The translations under genes and the position numbers were made by a program. A stretch of DNA of 57,239 nucleotides, counting the filler, from Jimgerdemannia flammicorona (taxonomy: Eukaryota), in NCBI GenBank assembly GCA_003990765.1. It is 3 parts of 3 records of this genome, joined end to end, with 100 filler letters (N's around TTAATTAATTAA, not from the genome) between each part and the next. Parts side by side here need not be neighbours in the genome. Positions count along the whole stretch, not along the records: positions 1 to 19,019 come from RBNJ01002050.1; 2 more parts are not named here. One strand, 5' to 3'. Below are positions 1-11,763 of this stretch, one piece after another. Below the pieces are notes generated by a model. The model was not told the origin of the DNA, searched no databases, and saw nothing but the letters and a program-made list of their open reading frames with translations. Position 1 is the stretch's first letter. The number at the start of each line of letters is the position of its first letter.

Positions 1-300
1 TTTTTTTTTTTTTTTTTTTTTAAGAAAATTATCTCCCCCCACCCTGAAAAAAAAAAAAAAAAGAAAAAACTAATTCAAATCAAACATTCATGACTGCTAA
101 GTTTTCTGATTGAGAGTGAGAAAATATATCGGAGGCAAATGCCCTTTTTGATTCCAATATACCTGACCGTCTAGAGAACTTGATCATTGCTACTTTGCCA
201 GACCATCAGTGTGTCCTTTATTTATTACTGTGAATAGAGTATCAACACAACTCCCATCCTGTTCACCCTCACGATCTATCGTATCTCTTCCCCTGCCGCA

Positions 301-878
301 TCACATCCGCCTCGGCCCGCCCAGGATGTCCCTCAGGTTGCCCTGCGCGTCGCTTGCCGCGCGCTCCCAGTACTTCTGCGTCTTCTCCAGCGCCTTGGTA
401 TCCTCGTCAATTTTGGCGATCTTCTCTGTGAATAAGGTCTGCATCTCCTGCAACGGCGTCTGGATAAACCTGGGTGAGATCGAATCGGGATTAATGCGCA
501 GTAGGAAATGGGATCGCTGGGAGATAGCGGGAAAGCCATTCGTGCCGTGTGGGTCCGTTCTACGTACATTTTACCCACGGGTCTGTAGGTCTTCGTTCCT
601 GGTTCCAGCCCGTCCAGTTCGCGCTTGGTCAGTTCGGCGAGCCTATTCTCGCGGAACTTGCTCTGGATCTGGGACTGAATGGTCTGCACTTGTTGGTTAC
701 TCTCGACGAGCTTGCTCTGCAGCTCGGAGAAGACCTGGAGGTGTGGCGGGCCAATGTGTCAAAATGGCGGTGAATGAAGGGTGTCCAGAAAACCCTGAAA
801 GAAAGTAGATGGCATGGGGGAAATATTACATGAATTATCACTCACTTTCCGGATTGTTTCATCTGGAAGGGCGGACAT
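301..878 (-). CDS. PFD1: Prefoldin subunit 1, 3 exons (878-846, 734-568, 469-301)
   Basis: Spliced with GT/AG introns gives MSALPDETIRK-VFSELQSKLVESNQQVQ...ELTKRELDGLEPGTKTYRPVGKMFIQTP...LEKTQKYWERAASDAQGNLRDIL. The YxxVGKMF hairpin between coiled coils is typical of beta-prefoldin. Confidence 0.9.
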
Positions 879-1054
879 GATGGGAAGAGGTGTGTGTACG
901 CGAGCTTGGTCACCAAACAAGCCCAGGAGGCACCGACGTCACTTGCCAAGCCACCAGAAAATTCTGAGATTTCTAATCCGCTGGGCCGCTGGACCGCTGG
1001 ACCGTTGGAACCAGCTTACTCTCTATACCCTCTCCGTAGCAGGAACCACGAAAC

Positions 1055-2523
1055 ATGCCGCTGCCAAAGTCGAAGAAAATGTCCGGCCTGGGGAAGGCTA
1101 TCATTCGCGATAGGTTCAAGGGGCATCCCCCAAGGGATAATGAGGGCGTCTTGGTACGTTGCAACGATGGGCTTTGTTGGGTTTTCGGAGGGAATAGTAG
1201 CCGGAGGGAGATTTTTTTACTTAAAACCGGAACAATGTACGTAGCACACCACAGATTTGGACGACGGGCCGAGTTGGGTGAAAATGCAGAGCGTTACTCA
1301 GGAGGGTGATCTGGATGCGTTCCTGAGCACCGCGCAGTTGGCCGGGACAGAGTTCACCGCTGGTAATTATGGATGCGGAAAGGAGAACTGCTTGCCCTTA
1401 CTCTCGTGAGTCATCAATGCAAGCCACGATGAGGTTAGTTAAACATGGACGAATTCGACGTCCCTAGAAAAGCTGAACATCAAGGTCGTCACAAATACCT
1501 ACCAGAACCCATTCCTGCTCTCGTCGGCGGATGAGAAAGAAGCGCTCAAAAAGCACGCTGCATATCAAGAGAAGCTGACGGTTCCTCGGAGGTAAATTAT
1601 TGCGGTTTTTAATTTATTTTTTTTTCCCCTCAATCCTACCATTCGTACATCGTCTTGACCGATCGCCACTCACTCATCCTGTTAGACCGAAATGGGACAA
1701 GACCACGACTCCGGGGCAGTTGAAACGCCAAGAGCGAGACAACTTTCTCGCATGGAGACGAGACCTGGCCTTGTACGTATACGTATCCCTCTCCCTCCAT
1801 ACCTTCCCGCTGATCAACTGAAACATAAACATAATTTCTCCTCCTTCCACCCTCCAGCCTGCAGGAGGAAGAGGGCCTACTGATGACCCCATTCGAACGC
1901 AACCTCGAGGTCTGGCGGCAGCTCTGGCGCGTGATCGAGCGATCGCACCTGGTGGTGCAGATTGTGGACGCGCGCAACCCCATGTTGTTCAGGTCGACCG
2001 ACCTCGAGAAGTACGTCAAGGAGGTCGACCCACGCAAGAAAAACCTCCTGCTCGTCAACAAGGCCGATATGCTAACCACGAAGCAGAGGTATGTGCTTGA
2101 ATTTCATTTACGATTATTGAGGTGGTTGTGGAGAGAGAGAGGGTTCGTGACTTTGGTTTGGTTAACGTTTTTTGGGGCGGTGTCTGATGTATGGTCGGGG
2201 ATTAGGCACGAATGGGCCGACTACTTTGATTCGCAAGGGATACGGTACACATTCTTCTCGGCGGAGCTGGCGAAGCAGAAACAAGAGGAGGAACAGAAGC
2301 GGGAAGAGAAAGCGGAGCTTTTCGCGACGCTCAAGAATGATAACAGGAGCGACGACGACGAAGGAGAGGAGGAGGAGGAGGAGGTCGAACAGATTGCGGA
2401 GACTATCTCCATGATGCGAATAGCGGACGATGATGATCATGTTGATCCTGAGGATGTGGCGGAGGAGGTTGTGAGTGACGGGGAAGGGGTAGGGGAGGAC
2501 AGTGAGGAGGAAGATGATGATGA

Positions 2524-2556
<33 letters not shown>

Positions 2557-4157
2557 GGAGGAGGAAGAGGAGGAGGGCATAGAGGAGGGAAGCGAAGTTA
2601 ATGGTGATGAGGGGTCGAAAACGAAGATTCGCGAGTATGGCGAGGCTGGCGATGGCGTAATAGACGATGAACGGACGAGGATCCGCACGGAGACCGATCT
2701 GCTCGATCTCATGATCGCCGAGGCTCCAAAGATTGAAGGTATGCCATTTACCTCTCACTTCCTCGTAATCGTACTATTATCACCTCATTACTATGGAACC
2801 TTAGATGAAGATCTAAACGTAGAGGCAGGAAAAGAATCAAAAGATCTTTGTTACCATGAATTCATGATTAACGCACTAGGCTTTATTCGAGTTTAGAAAA
2901 TCATTATAATCATTGTTATTGGGAAACTAATACTAGATTTACATTCTTCTCCCACCTTATTTATTATCTCCTTTCGCAACCAACAGATACCGAAGACTTC
3001 GAGAACCCTAACAATGACAAGCTCATGATCGGCTTGGTAGGCTACCCGAACGTTGGCAAATCTTCGACGATCAACGCCCTGATTGGCGAAAAGCGCGTCT
3101 CGGTCTCCTCCACCCCAGGCAAGACCAAGCACTTCCAGACAATCCACCTCACTCCCACCCTCGTCCTCTGCGATTGCCCGGGCCTGGTCTTCCCCTCCTT
3201 CGCCACCACGAAGGCCGACATGGTCTGCAACGGTGTCCTCCCCATCGATCAATTGAGAGAATTTACGGGACCCGCCGCACTTGTCGCCCAGAGGATACCC
3301 AAGGAGGTGTTGGGGGCTATTTATGGGTTTAAGATCAGGACTAGGCCGGAGGAAGAAGGCGGTGATGGCGTGCCTACTGGGGAAGAACTGTTGATTGCGT
3401 ATGCGCGTGAGTAGTAAGGGTGGGAGTATGGAATGAGGGTGTAGATCGATGACTGACGAGTTGACACCCTTCTTACTTTTATGTCCTTAGTCGCGAGAGG
3501 GTTCACGAAGTCGAGTCAGGGTAATCCGGACGAATCGCGCGCGGCTCGATACATTCTTAAGGATTACGTAAACGTGAGCCCATAATCCGATCCTATTTGA
3601 CTCACATGATTTCGTATCTCAATATCGTATACCACAATTATCACCTCCGCTCACTTTCTGAAAAATATCTATCCTTTCACCAGGGCAAGCTCCTCTACTG
3701 CCACCCACCTCCCGGCGTGGAGCCCAAACCATTCAACGCCGAGATTCATGACCTAGATCAATACCTTAAGCGACACAAAAAGCAGGCCCCCTCTACCCGC
3801 GTCCCCTCCACCGCCATCAACTATATCCCACCCGTCGCCGATCCTTCCGCCATACCCACGGGAACCAAGGGCGCAGCCGTCGACTCGGCCTTCTTCGTCA
3901 CCTCCGACGCGGCACCCAAGATTGTGGGTAAATACGCCGCACCCGGCGTGAAGGAGGGATTCTCACGCGTCAAACTGTACCCGCATCAGCAGGTCATGAA
4001 GGATGATGGCACACCCATTGTTGCGCCGGGTGGCAGGAGGGAGAGGTTGGCGTTGGTGCAGCAGGCGGCGGGGGGTGCGGGGGCGAGCATCGGAAAGAAA
4101 CATAAGAAGGGGAAGAGGCATGTCAAGGTGCGGAGTGGGGCTGGGTACGAATTATAG
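1055..4157 (+). CDS. LSG1: Large-subunit GTPase 1 (circularly permuted GTPase, 60S maturation), multi-exon
   Basis: GLGKAII N-terminus, SVTQEGDLDAFLSTAQLAGTEFTA, TPFERNLEVWRQLWRVIERS, VDARNP, NKAD (G4), GYPNVGKSS (G1), TPGKTKHFQT (G2), DCPG (G3), GKLLYCHPPP, basic C-terminal KKHKKGK; GT-AG introns separate the blocks. Confidence 0.96.
2480..2590 (+). repeat. (GAG)n coding microsatellite, poly-Glu tract in the LSG1 acidic insert
   Basis: Run of gaggaggag... encoding [25 protein letters not shown]. Confidence 0.85.
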
Positions 4158-5098
4158 GGTAACGTGGTGCATGCTATGTTAATTACGCGAAAAATGCAAG
4201 AATATTGACGTAATAGCTACGGGGAAGTATTGTAAGAGAAAGAGGCATATTAATTACAGAGTAGGGCTGTAGGGCGAGGTATTTATTGTTGGGTGTGGTG
4301 TTCCCGAATCACGGGATCATTCGGATGACGGCCTGATTCGAATCGAATCGGTAGTTTATATATCATGTTAGAAATATGCATAGATTGCAAGGATGACGGT
4401 CCAAGACTATTGCAGAAAGGCAAGTGCCGTATACAAAGAAAATATGAAAAATGATCAATAGCAGATAAGGCGTAGGTCCAATCATGGACAAAATGACTAG
4501 TGATAGCAATATACTAGAGGTATATATACTAGAGGTATATATACTAGAGGAAGCTGACACTCGTCGACTTTGCTTCGGACCACCATGTGCAAGTGCAAAA
4601 GAATGTGTATGACCAAAAAAAAAAAAAAATTCTTCCCAATTTCAGATTCCCAAATATATAGTAGCATGCGCAGATAATGGTTATTGTTCTGCACCTGCGA
4701 CACGATACGATCATGACATGGGTAAATGAATATAAAAGAATCGAGATCAGCAATGGGAACAGCCATGTGATCTCCACACAATCCCTATATTATATGTCAC
4801 GACTTCTATAGATCATTGCAACCATCGATTTTCCCCACTCGCAAAAAAAAAAAAAAAAAAAAAAAAAAGAGAGGAGGAAAACATGTCGTCTCCCAAACAC
4901 CATCCCCATCTGGGTCTGATATCGCAGAAATGCATCCAGCAACAACAGGATCAAGTTTTTCCCGTCGCCATTCTCATAATTTATGTTTACGACGCGATCT
5001 CGAGGATCGTCTCGAGATCTACATGAGTTAAGCGAGGACCACCTTTAACGAAGATGATTGTTGGGATCGTGATGAGACAAAAGAGAGGGGTAGAAAAT

Positions 5099-5446
5099 TT
5101 ATTGCGCGAACTGGTCTTTGATATCCTTGTATTGTTTCTGGGGAGGGGATTGGGGAAGGAGGATGTTAGAGGGAACTATGTTGCAAATCCAATAATGTCA
5201 GCTTTAGAATCTCCCACTACCACTTCCAGCACAGTTGCCGCCACAGAAAAACGGCGAGGCCCGCAAACTCACCCCCTTGTTCAGGTTATCCCACAGCTTG
5301 CTGGTGCCCTCGTCGAAGGCGATCTCGAAAGCGAACGCGGAAACGAAAATGGTGGCGACGAAGACGGAGTTGCGCTTCACAAAAGTGTTGTAGACGAGGC
5401 GGCCAAGCTTGTTCGCTCCGGAAGAGGCGGCGGCGGCGTTTGGCAT
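5099..5446 (-). CDS. QCR9: Cytochrome bc1 complex subunit 9, 2 exons (5446-5273, 5137-5099)
   Basis: VYNTFVKRNSVFVATIFVSAFAFEIAFD...LWDNLNKG | KQYKDIKDQFAQ*; GTGAGT donor and CAG acceptor give the conserved N(K)GKQ(W/Y)KDI motif. Confidence 0.93.
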
Positions 5447-5635
5447 TGTTGTGGGTTGTTGTCGGCTGAATGGACGATGGAGATAGACGAGGGGGGTTTG
5501 TTGTGTTTATTCGATTTGGCGGGGCCAATTGATCCAGGGGTGATGTCATCGTCATGGCAGGTCACATGGTCAAGACGGCAATTTATTTAGCGTCGGCCGA
5601 CTGACCCGACCCTCTTACGCGTCTCCACTCCCACT

Positions 5636-7681
5636 ATGTTCGCGAGCAACGAGGAAGACACCGTTACCGCCGTTGAGATTCTCGAGCAGCAGCTTGAGCT
5701 GGAGCGCGAAGCCCACGAGATCCTCCCCGGCAAATTCGAGGCCTGCTCCTTCTCCATTGGCTACGTCCGCCAGCCCGTCTACGCATGTCGCACCTGCGCG
5801 TCCCCGGACAAGGACCCGTCGGGCATGTGCTACTCGTGCTCCATCGCTTGTCATGGTGATCACGACTTGCTCGAGCTTTTTGTTAAGCGCGACTTTAGAT
5901 GCGATTGTGGCGTGCAGGGAAAGTTTAATGGCGCAGCGTGTAAGTTGGAATCAAGATTGAAGGAGGGGGAGGCGAATGGGGAGAATAACTATGACCATAA
6001 CTTTTACGGGAGGTTTTGTTGGTAGGTACTTGGCGATTCCAGCTTAACGATTGTGTTTGTGCCGTGTTCGCCCTCCCTGTGTACGTGAGGATTTACCTTG
6101 TGATTCTTATTTCCATAGGTGTGACCAGAACTACGATCCCGATACGGAGGAGACCACCATGTTCCAGGTACGTGCTTTCATCACCAAAAAATCGTCTCCT
6201 TAAGACAGGTCCTCTTATACTTCAATTTCTTCACATCTACACATGTGTTCCACAGTGTGTCATATGCCAAGACTGGTTCCACGATAACTGCATCGGTCAG
6301 GTATGTCCTCCCCTCACCTCCATTCTCCTACACCAATATTATGCTATTATGCTCACACTTTCACCCCGCTTATTATAGATCCCACCCCAAGACGACTTCG
6401 ACGAATTTATCTGTCGAACCTGTACTGCTAAGCATCCCTTCGTCATTATCCCGCGCAACCCGCACTTCATCCTTGGCCTGTCAAAATCAAGCGAGAAGGT
6501 CACACGAATCATACACCAAGACTCAAAGGAAAAGGAAAAGAAGCGCGATGCATCCGAGCTCGAGGACTTGGAAAAGGAGGACGCTAAGAAGGGCAAGCTC
6601 GATGAGGGGGCGGCCGATGTCGATGTGGTGGGCGAGGCGGCCGATGTCGATGTGGTGGTCGAGGCGGCCGATGTCGGTGTGGTGGTCAAGGTGGCGGATG
6701 TCGATGTGGTGGCCAAGACGGCGGATGTCGATTTGGTGGTCGAGGGGGCGGATGTCGATGAGGCGGCCGATGTCGGTGTGGTGGTCAAGGTGGCGGATGT
6801 CGATGTGGTGGCCAAGACGGCGGATGTCGATTTGGTGGTCGAGGGGGCGGATGTCGATGAGGCTGCGGATGTCGATGTGGTAGTCGGGGCGGCGGAGTGT
6901 AGAGCTGGTATGTGGAATGGGAGTTACGGATATGGGCATCTTTTTTCTCTCTCTCTCTCTGTGTAGCTCATGATGGCGTTTTTGTTTCCTTGTGGCAGAG
7001 TATGCGATCGGCGGAGGTGTGGGCTTGTTCTTGAAAGAAGGTTGGCGGACCGGGCTTTGCAGATGTTCTAAGGTAAATTTAATTTGTTTCTAAGCGATCC
7101 GATTGCTTTCGCTCTTCTGATGGTTCACACTCTATCACAGTGCGCAAAATCCTTTGCTGACAACCATGTCGAGTTTCTGCTTCAAGAGGAGAAGACTTAC
7201 GAGCCCGAGGAGGACGAAGACGCAGGTACACCTCACCCACCTTCTAGTTATCCTTGTCTTCACTTTTTTCTTTCCTTGACAATCGCGAATGCTCAACACC
7301 CACACCCCAACCTAGGCATGTCCCTCCATGACGGCGGCTTAAAGCAGCTGCAGCGTATGGACCGCGTGCAGGCCCTCGAGGGCCTCACGGCTTATAACAA
7401 GATGGCCGAGCAGGTCAAGTCCTTCCTGCAAACCTTCAAGGATTCCGGCAGGACCGTCACCAAGGAGGACGTGACTAAGTTCTTTGAGGTGCGTTGTTCG
7501 ATTGAATTGCTTTTATGCGGCGTTGGTTGATTGGGGTATGCCTTTGCGTGTTCGGATTGGGGGATGTAGGCTGTGTTTTGGTGATTGGGCTAGGATAGTT
7601 ATTGTGGAATTCACTTGCTCATTTCTAATTTTACGAAAATTATTGCAGGATAAGCTAAACGAGCGGAACTCGCGCAAGTAG
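5636..7681 (+). CDS. UBR7: UBR-box/PHD E3 ligase (UBR7/Mlo2 family), multi-exon
   Basis: LEQQLELEREA..LP, RQPVYACRTC, CYSCSIACHGDHDLLELFVKRDFRCDCG (UBR box), NNYDHNFYGRFC, MFQCVICQDWFHDNC..EFICRTC (PHD), FLKEGWRTGLCRC, MDRVQALEGLTAYNKM..FLQTF..SGRTVTKEDV..FF. Confidence 0.92.
6600..6890 (+). repeat. Coding tandem repeat in UBR7 (about 27-bp ADVDVV units, with an exact 99-bp duplication at 6661-6759/6760-6858)
   Basis: Repeated gcggatgtcgatgtggtgg; peptide EAADVGVVVKVADVDVVAKTADVDLVVEGADVD occurs twice. Confidence 0.9.
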
Positions 7682-8301
7682 GATGGATCGCCTTGTGATG
7701 GTTCGAGTCCTGCCTTCTTGTTAGGATCGCTTGCTATATGTAATTAGATGCGCCAATGTTGGCTGCGATTTACGCATGCCATACTCTTCGTAGGTTGCCT
7801 TGTACCGAAATCTGTTGTAAATACTATTCAATATCAATCGCGAATGTCTCTATATGCTTGTGTGTAGTTTTTGATTGCGTTTTTTCTTTTTTTTTTTTTT
7901 TTTCTGTTAGAGATTTAGGGGAGAGGGAGAGGAAGCCCTATCGTTCGTGCTTAAAATCTAACAATCGAGCTTTGTCATTCATCGTAAATTATCCATCTCC
8001 AGAACCTAATCCACCCTCTTTTGTGCTCTACACAAAAGCCGTAATTAACAGCAATAACTCCCTTTCCGCAATCTCGATCGACACTTGCTCCGGGCAACAT
8101 CGTTGTATCCATCTCATCACAAGAGACTCGAGCCGGTTTAAAAATCAGATCCCCATCGCCTTGTCTGGAGCAAGGAAAAAATTCATCACACTACGGAAAT
8201 TTTCAGATTTGATTGATGAGGAGCAAACGGCCAATCCTCCATCTGTATAGGTAATTACATTCCACACCGAACTCTAAACACCATCGTAGCCCGCCACTCT
8301 A

Positions 8302-9496
8302 CTACACCATCGGCGTCAACCCCGCGGCGATCATCTTCTTTGCTTTGACGGCGCGGTATCCCGCAATGACCCGCTCGCGCTCCTGGTCCAACACCCGCCG
8401 TGTCGCCTCACTCATGCCCTTGAGTCGTTGCCGGTTCTTGTCGCGCTGGTCCTGAAGCGCACGATCAAGGACTGTGGTGGGTTTGGCTGTGCGCAGCGTA
8501 GAGTCAGAGTCTGAGCCGGCATCGGCGGCGGCGGACGAGTTTGTGAGTGGAGGTTGGAGGCTTTGGGCGAGGTCCTAGAAGAGAAAGAGTTACGGGTTAT
8601 ATGATATGGAGCATTGGGACAAGGGATTCAGCCGATCCATCCAACATATTTCCTTTGTAACCCGCACACCCAAAAAATAATGTAAAGAAAATACCAACCT
8701 TCTTCGTCTTTCCCCTCGCCTTGGGCACGGCCGTGATGGTAGGCGGTGCGTCCGCCACCTCCCCAAACTTAACCTCGTCTCTGAGGTCGTCCCAATCGCG
8801 CGCCCCCGCCTCCTCTATCTGCCGCTGCCGCTTCGCCTTTTGCTTCTGCTTCTGCTTCTCGCGGTACTGCTTCTTCTTCACGCTTGTCGACCGGCCCTCG
8901 CGCACCGAGTGCAAAACCCTGGCTTGCATTTCCTCATCTACGCGGCTGTGGTAGGTATGGGAAAGGGGAAAGGGGAAAGGGTGGGGATATGATGAGATCA
9001 CATGGTGGGAGGCGCGGATCGTGGTTGGAGGAACGGAGAGCGCTTACCGGCTAAAATTTCGGAAGCTCTCACCGGGATGGATCCTTAATTCTGCCGCATG
9101 CTAATTTCAAGAGAGAGAGCGCGCTTGTTATCAATAAGGGAACATTTCGATCGTCCGCCAAGCTTCTGAAACTACGGCGGCTGGCACTCACCTCGCTCTT
9201 CTCTGAATTCATCCGTCTCTTCCCTTTTGTCCCATCACCTCCATCACCCTGTGCCTTTTTTACATTTTTCCTTTGATTCAGACGTTCGTGTGCCTTCATC
9301 ACCGCCGCGAACCGCCTCGGCATGTCGCGGAGCTCGCTCGTCGGGACCTCGTCATGCCTGGGACAATGAAGGGCAGTTGTATAAGACTAGGGTATACGGC
9401 ATATGTATGCTCGGTTCCAATGCTGATAGGTGCACTCTTTGCTTACTCGTTGGTTCGGCTGGCCCGGACACTTGCTTTTGCTCGTTTGTGAGGCAT
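8302..9496 (-). CDS. CCDC137-like basic nucleolar protein, about 5 exons
   Basis: Reconstructed: MPHKRAKASVR...DMPRRFAAVM...LRIHPGESFRNFSRRVDEEM...DLRDEVKFGEVADAPP...RRVLDQERERVIAGYRAVKAKK. PGES-F, VKFGEV-PP and ERERVI-YR blocks match the CCDC137 family from memory. Confidence 0.75.
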
Positions 9497-9667
9497 GGCT
9501 AAAGAGAGTATGTGTTTAATTTTCGCAAAATGAGGATTTGCTGAGCCACATACTATCACGTGATACGCGATCCTTTCACTCTGGAGCTTTCTCAGATTTA
9601 GCTTCCTCTAATCCTTCGTCATCGGGGTTCTTGAAGCGGGCGATTGGCGCTTCGGCTGGATAGCCCC

Positions 9668-10419
9668 ATGTTACGCCAGCGGGTTGTGGCTCCAGATTGA
9701 ACACCAGAAGAAGTGTTGCGGTTTTGTTGGGAGAAGAAGGGAGGCCAAGAGTACGGAGGGTGCCTGATCATGGAAGGAGAAAAGAAACAAGACAGGAACG
9801 GCCCTCTCAGGGAACCAATAATGGGGTTCTACACAGTCTGCGGCCATTTCATTCATTGGGACTGTGCTGGTCTTATGATGGCTAATCAAGGAAGGTGCCT
9901 CACATGCACCGAAAAGATCATGCCTCAAGGAGCACACTTGTCGTACCGAGAGCAAGCATTACGCATCCGATGCTTAGAATGTATGCTTAGGGAACGAGGT
10001 ATCAAGGTACTCCCGTACGAAGACACACCATACATCGCCCATATCGTCGAGGAAATGATGCTAAGCCAGGAAACTGCATCCGACCAGGAGGGGCAGGAGA
10101 TCCAAGCGGCTCTAGCCGAAGAACAAGAAACTGGAAGCGCAGTGTTTCACCAAATCCTTGAAAGACATCAAGAACTCCCACCGAACCGCCTATGGCCACG
10201 GGAAGGCGAAACCGAGCAAGACCGAACGCGACCGTACGATTCATCACGACCAACCCGGCGCCAGAACCAGGGCCCTTGTTCGAAGGAATCGTAAACGACA
10301 TCCGATTAAGCCAAGAAGTATCGGATGAAGACGACGGCAACCTCTTTGAGGAAATAGTCGAGGCGCCATTCCATAGCACCCCTCTTCCGACTCACGAGTG
10401 CCGACCATCCGGTAACTAA
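9668..10419 (+). pseudogene. RING-H2-like zinc finger ORF of the element (in-frame TGA at 9698, frameshift at about 10200-10290)
   Basis: GCLIM...FYTVCGHFIHWDC...GRCLTC gives C-x-H-x2-H-x2-C...C-x2-C spacing; the first CxxC pair is incomplete. Confidence 0.55.
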
Positions 10420-10424
10420 GTATC

Positions 10425-10905
10425 ATGACCATCACGGCCCGAGAAGCCAGATTCCAGTCTCCTAGCTCGCTACAAGGAAGGGTGGTCAACTGGACCCTGC
10501 AAACGATAAGACTTAACCGCCGAAGTCAAGCAAACGCAGTCCGCGCCATCCCCGCAATATTTAAGGTCGGTCGGGCTCTACACGAAGGGGGCCAACGGAC
10601 CGAACAGAACGGAGGACCCATGGCCGTATCGTCAATCACAAAGGGACAAACAAACAGATGATACCACAACATCCGAACGGCCCAACCATCCGACAAGATA
10701 GCATCAGCTATCTGACTCGACGGGCTCGGAACGCGTAAGACCTGTTCCAAGGCCTCACGGAGGGCCATCCAAGACGTCTCCCTCAAGACCATCGAACACC
10801 TCAACAGCGTGGCCCGAACCAGTATCCGCAACACGATCCAGAGGTACCTCCGGACTGAGCCTCCATTGCGAGGCAAGAGAGATTTTTCAGCACCCCATAT
10901 ATAGA
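10425..10905 (+). pseudogene. Accessory ORF homologous to the LTR-borne ORFs of the contig-2 elements (frameshifted)
   Basis: IFKVGRAL...YLTRRARNA*DLFQGLT-AIQDVSLKTIEHLNSVARTSIRNTIQRYL after repairing frameshifts; aligns without gaps to the ORFs at 20620-21450 and 25387-26483. Confidence 0.55.
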
Positions 10906-11763
10906 ACCCGACCTAGCAATAGTATCCGTAGCCATTGTGCAAATGTATATGTATACTCCTCGCTAGGATTCCAATATCCGGAGTCGAACTACCCACCCAG
11001 CTTCTGAATAAACCAGAACAAAGCATTCGAACCCTCAATTGATCGGACTAAGGCGTACCCCTTGAGTTATCGGCATTTAATGACTAGTGGCGCAAGAGCT
11101 GAACTGCGACGTGTACAGTATTAACTGCGAGAAGTATATTTCGATTCCTAGCGTTATTCACTATCTAGCTTTTTCGTGATAGGTATTTTATCGTGTAGCA
11201 ATGGAAGGATACTTTACCCCCCCCCTACTCACATGAATCGTACTACTTCGAAGACGAAGTTTATGACTCGTATGATGCATCAACCGCTGAATTCTTTCAA
11301 ACAGAAACCTACGAGATACCGGAAGAGGAGTTCGTTACACACAACGATTACTCGCTCGAAACCTACGATCCACCAGAAAACGAGTCCATATTTACACAAT
11401 CACCCAGGATACGACAATCAAAAGAAAACAACGGATGGCGGCAACCGGTTTACGAATACAACCCTTCGCTATGTACCGAATCCGATTTCTCCTGGAACAA
11501 CAACCCGAACCTACAAGGTGATGACGAACAACTCATCTTGCCCGTCCGAATCTTATCCAACGATCAAGAGGAAGCCCTGATGAAGACAATGAGTCGCTAC
11601 GCAGATTACGCAGACCACAACCCCTGCGGGAGTGTAACCGAATTCGTAGCCGAATTCTCCAAGTAATGCAGCATTACTAGGCAGCATATACAATATAAAT
11701 GCGACTCTCCCCACTCCTCACCAACTCTTCAGCCCAGCAAATGTAAACACCAATCCTGAAGAA

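Noticed and set aside
4363..4781. Short hydrophobic minus-strand ORFs and a 15-bp triple repeat (tatatactagagg)
   Set aside because: AT-rich sequence between convergent genes; no motifs or splice support.
7756..8250. 164-aa ORF between UBR7 and the CCDC137-like gene
   Set aside because: Runs through poly-T 3' UTR sequence with no recognisable domain; likely spurious.
11088..11105. TGGCGCAAGAGC as PBS of the contig-1 element
   Set aside because: Position is plausible, but no CA LTR terminus precedes it and there is no second LTR to confirm; not listed as a feature.
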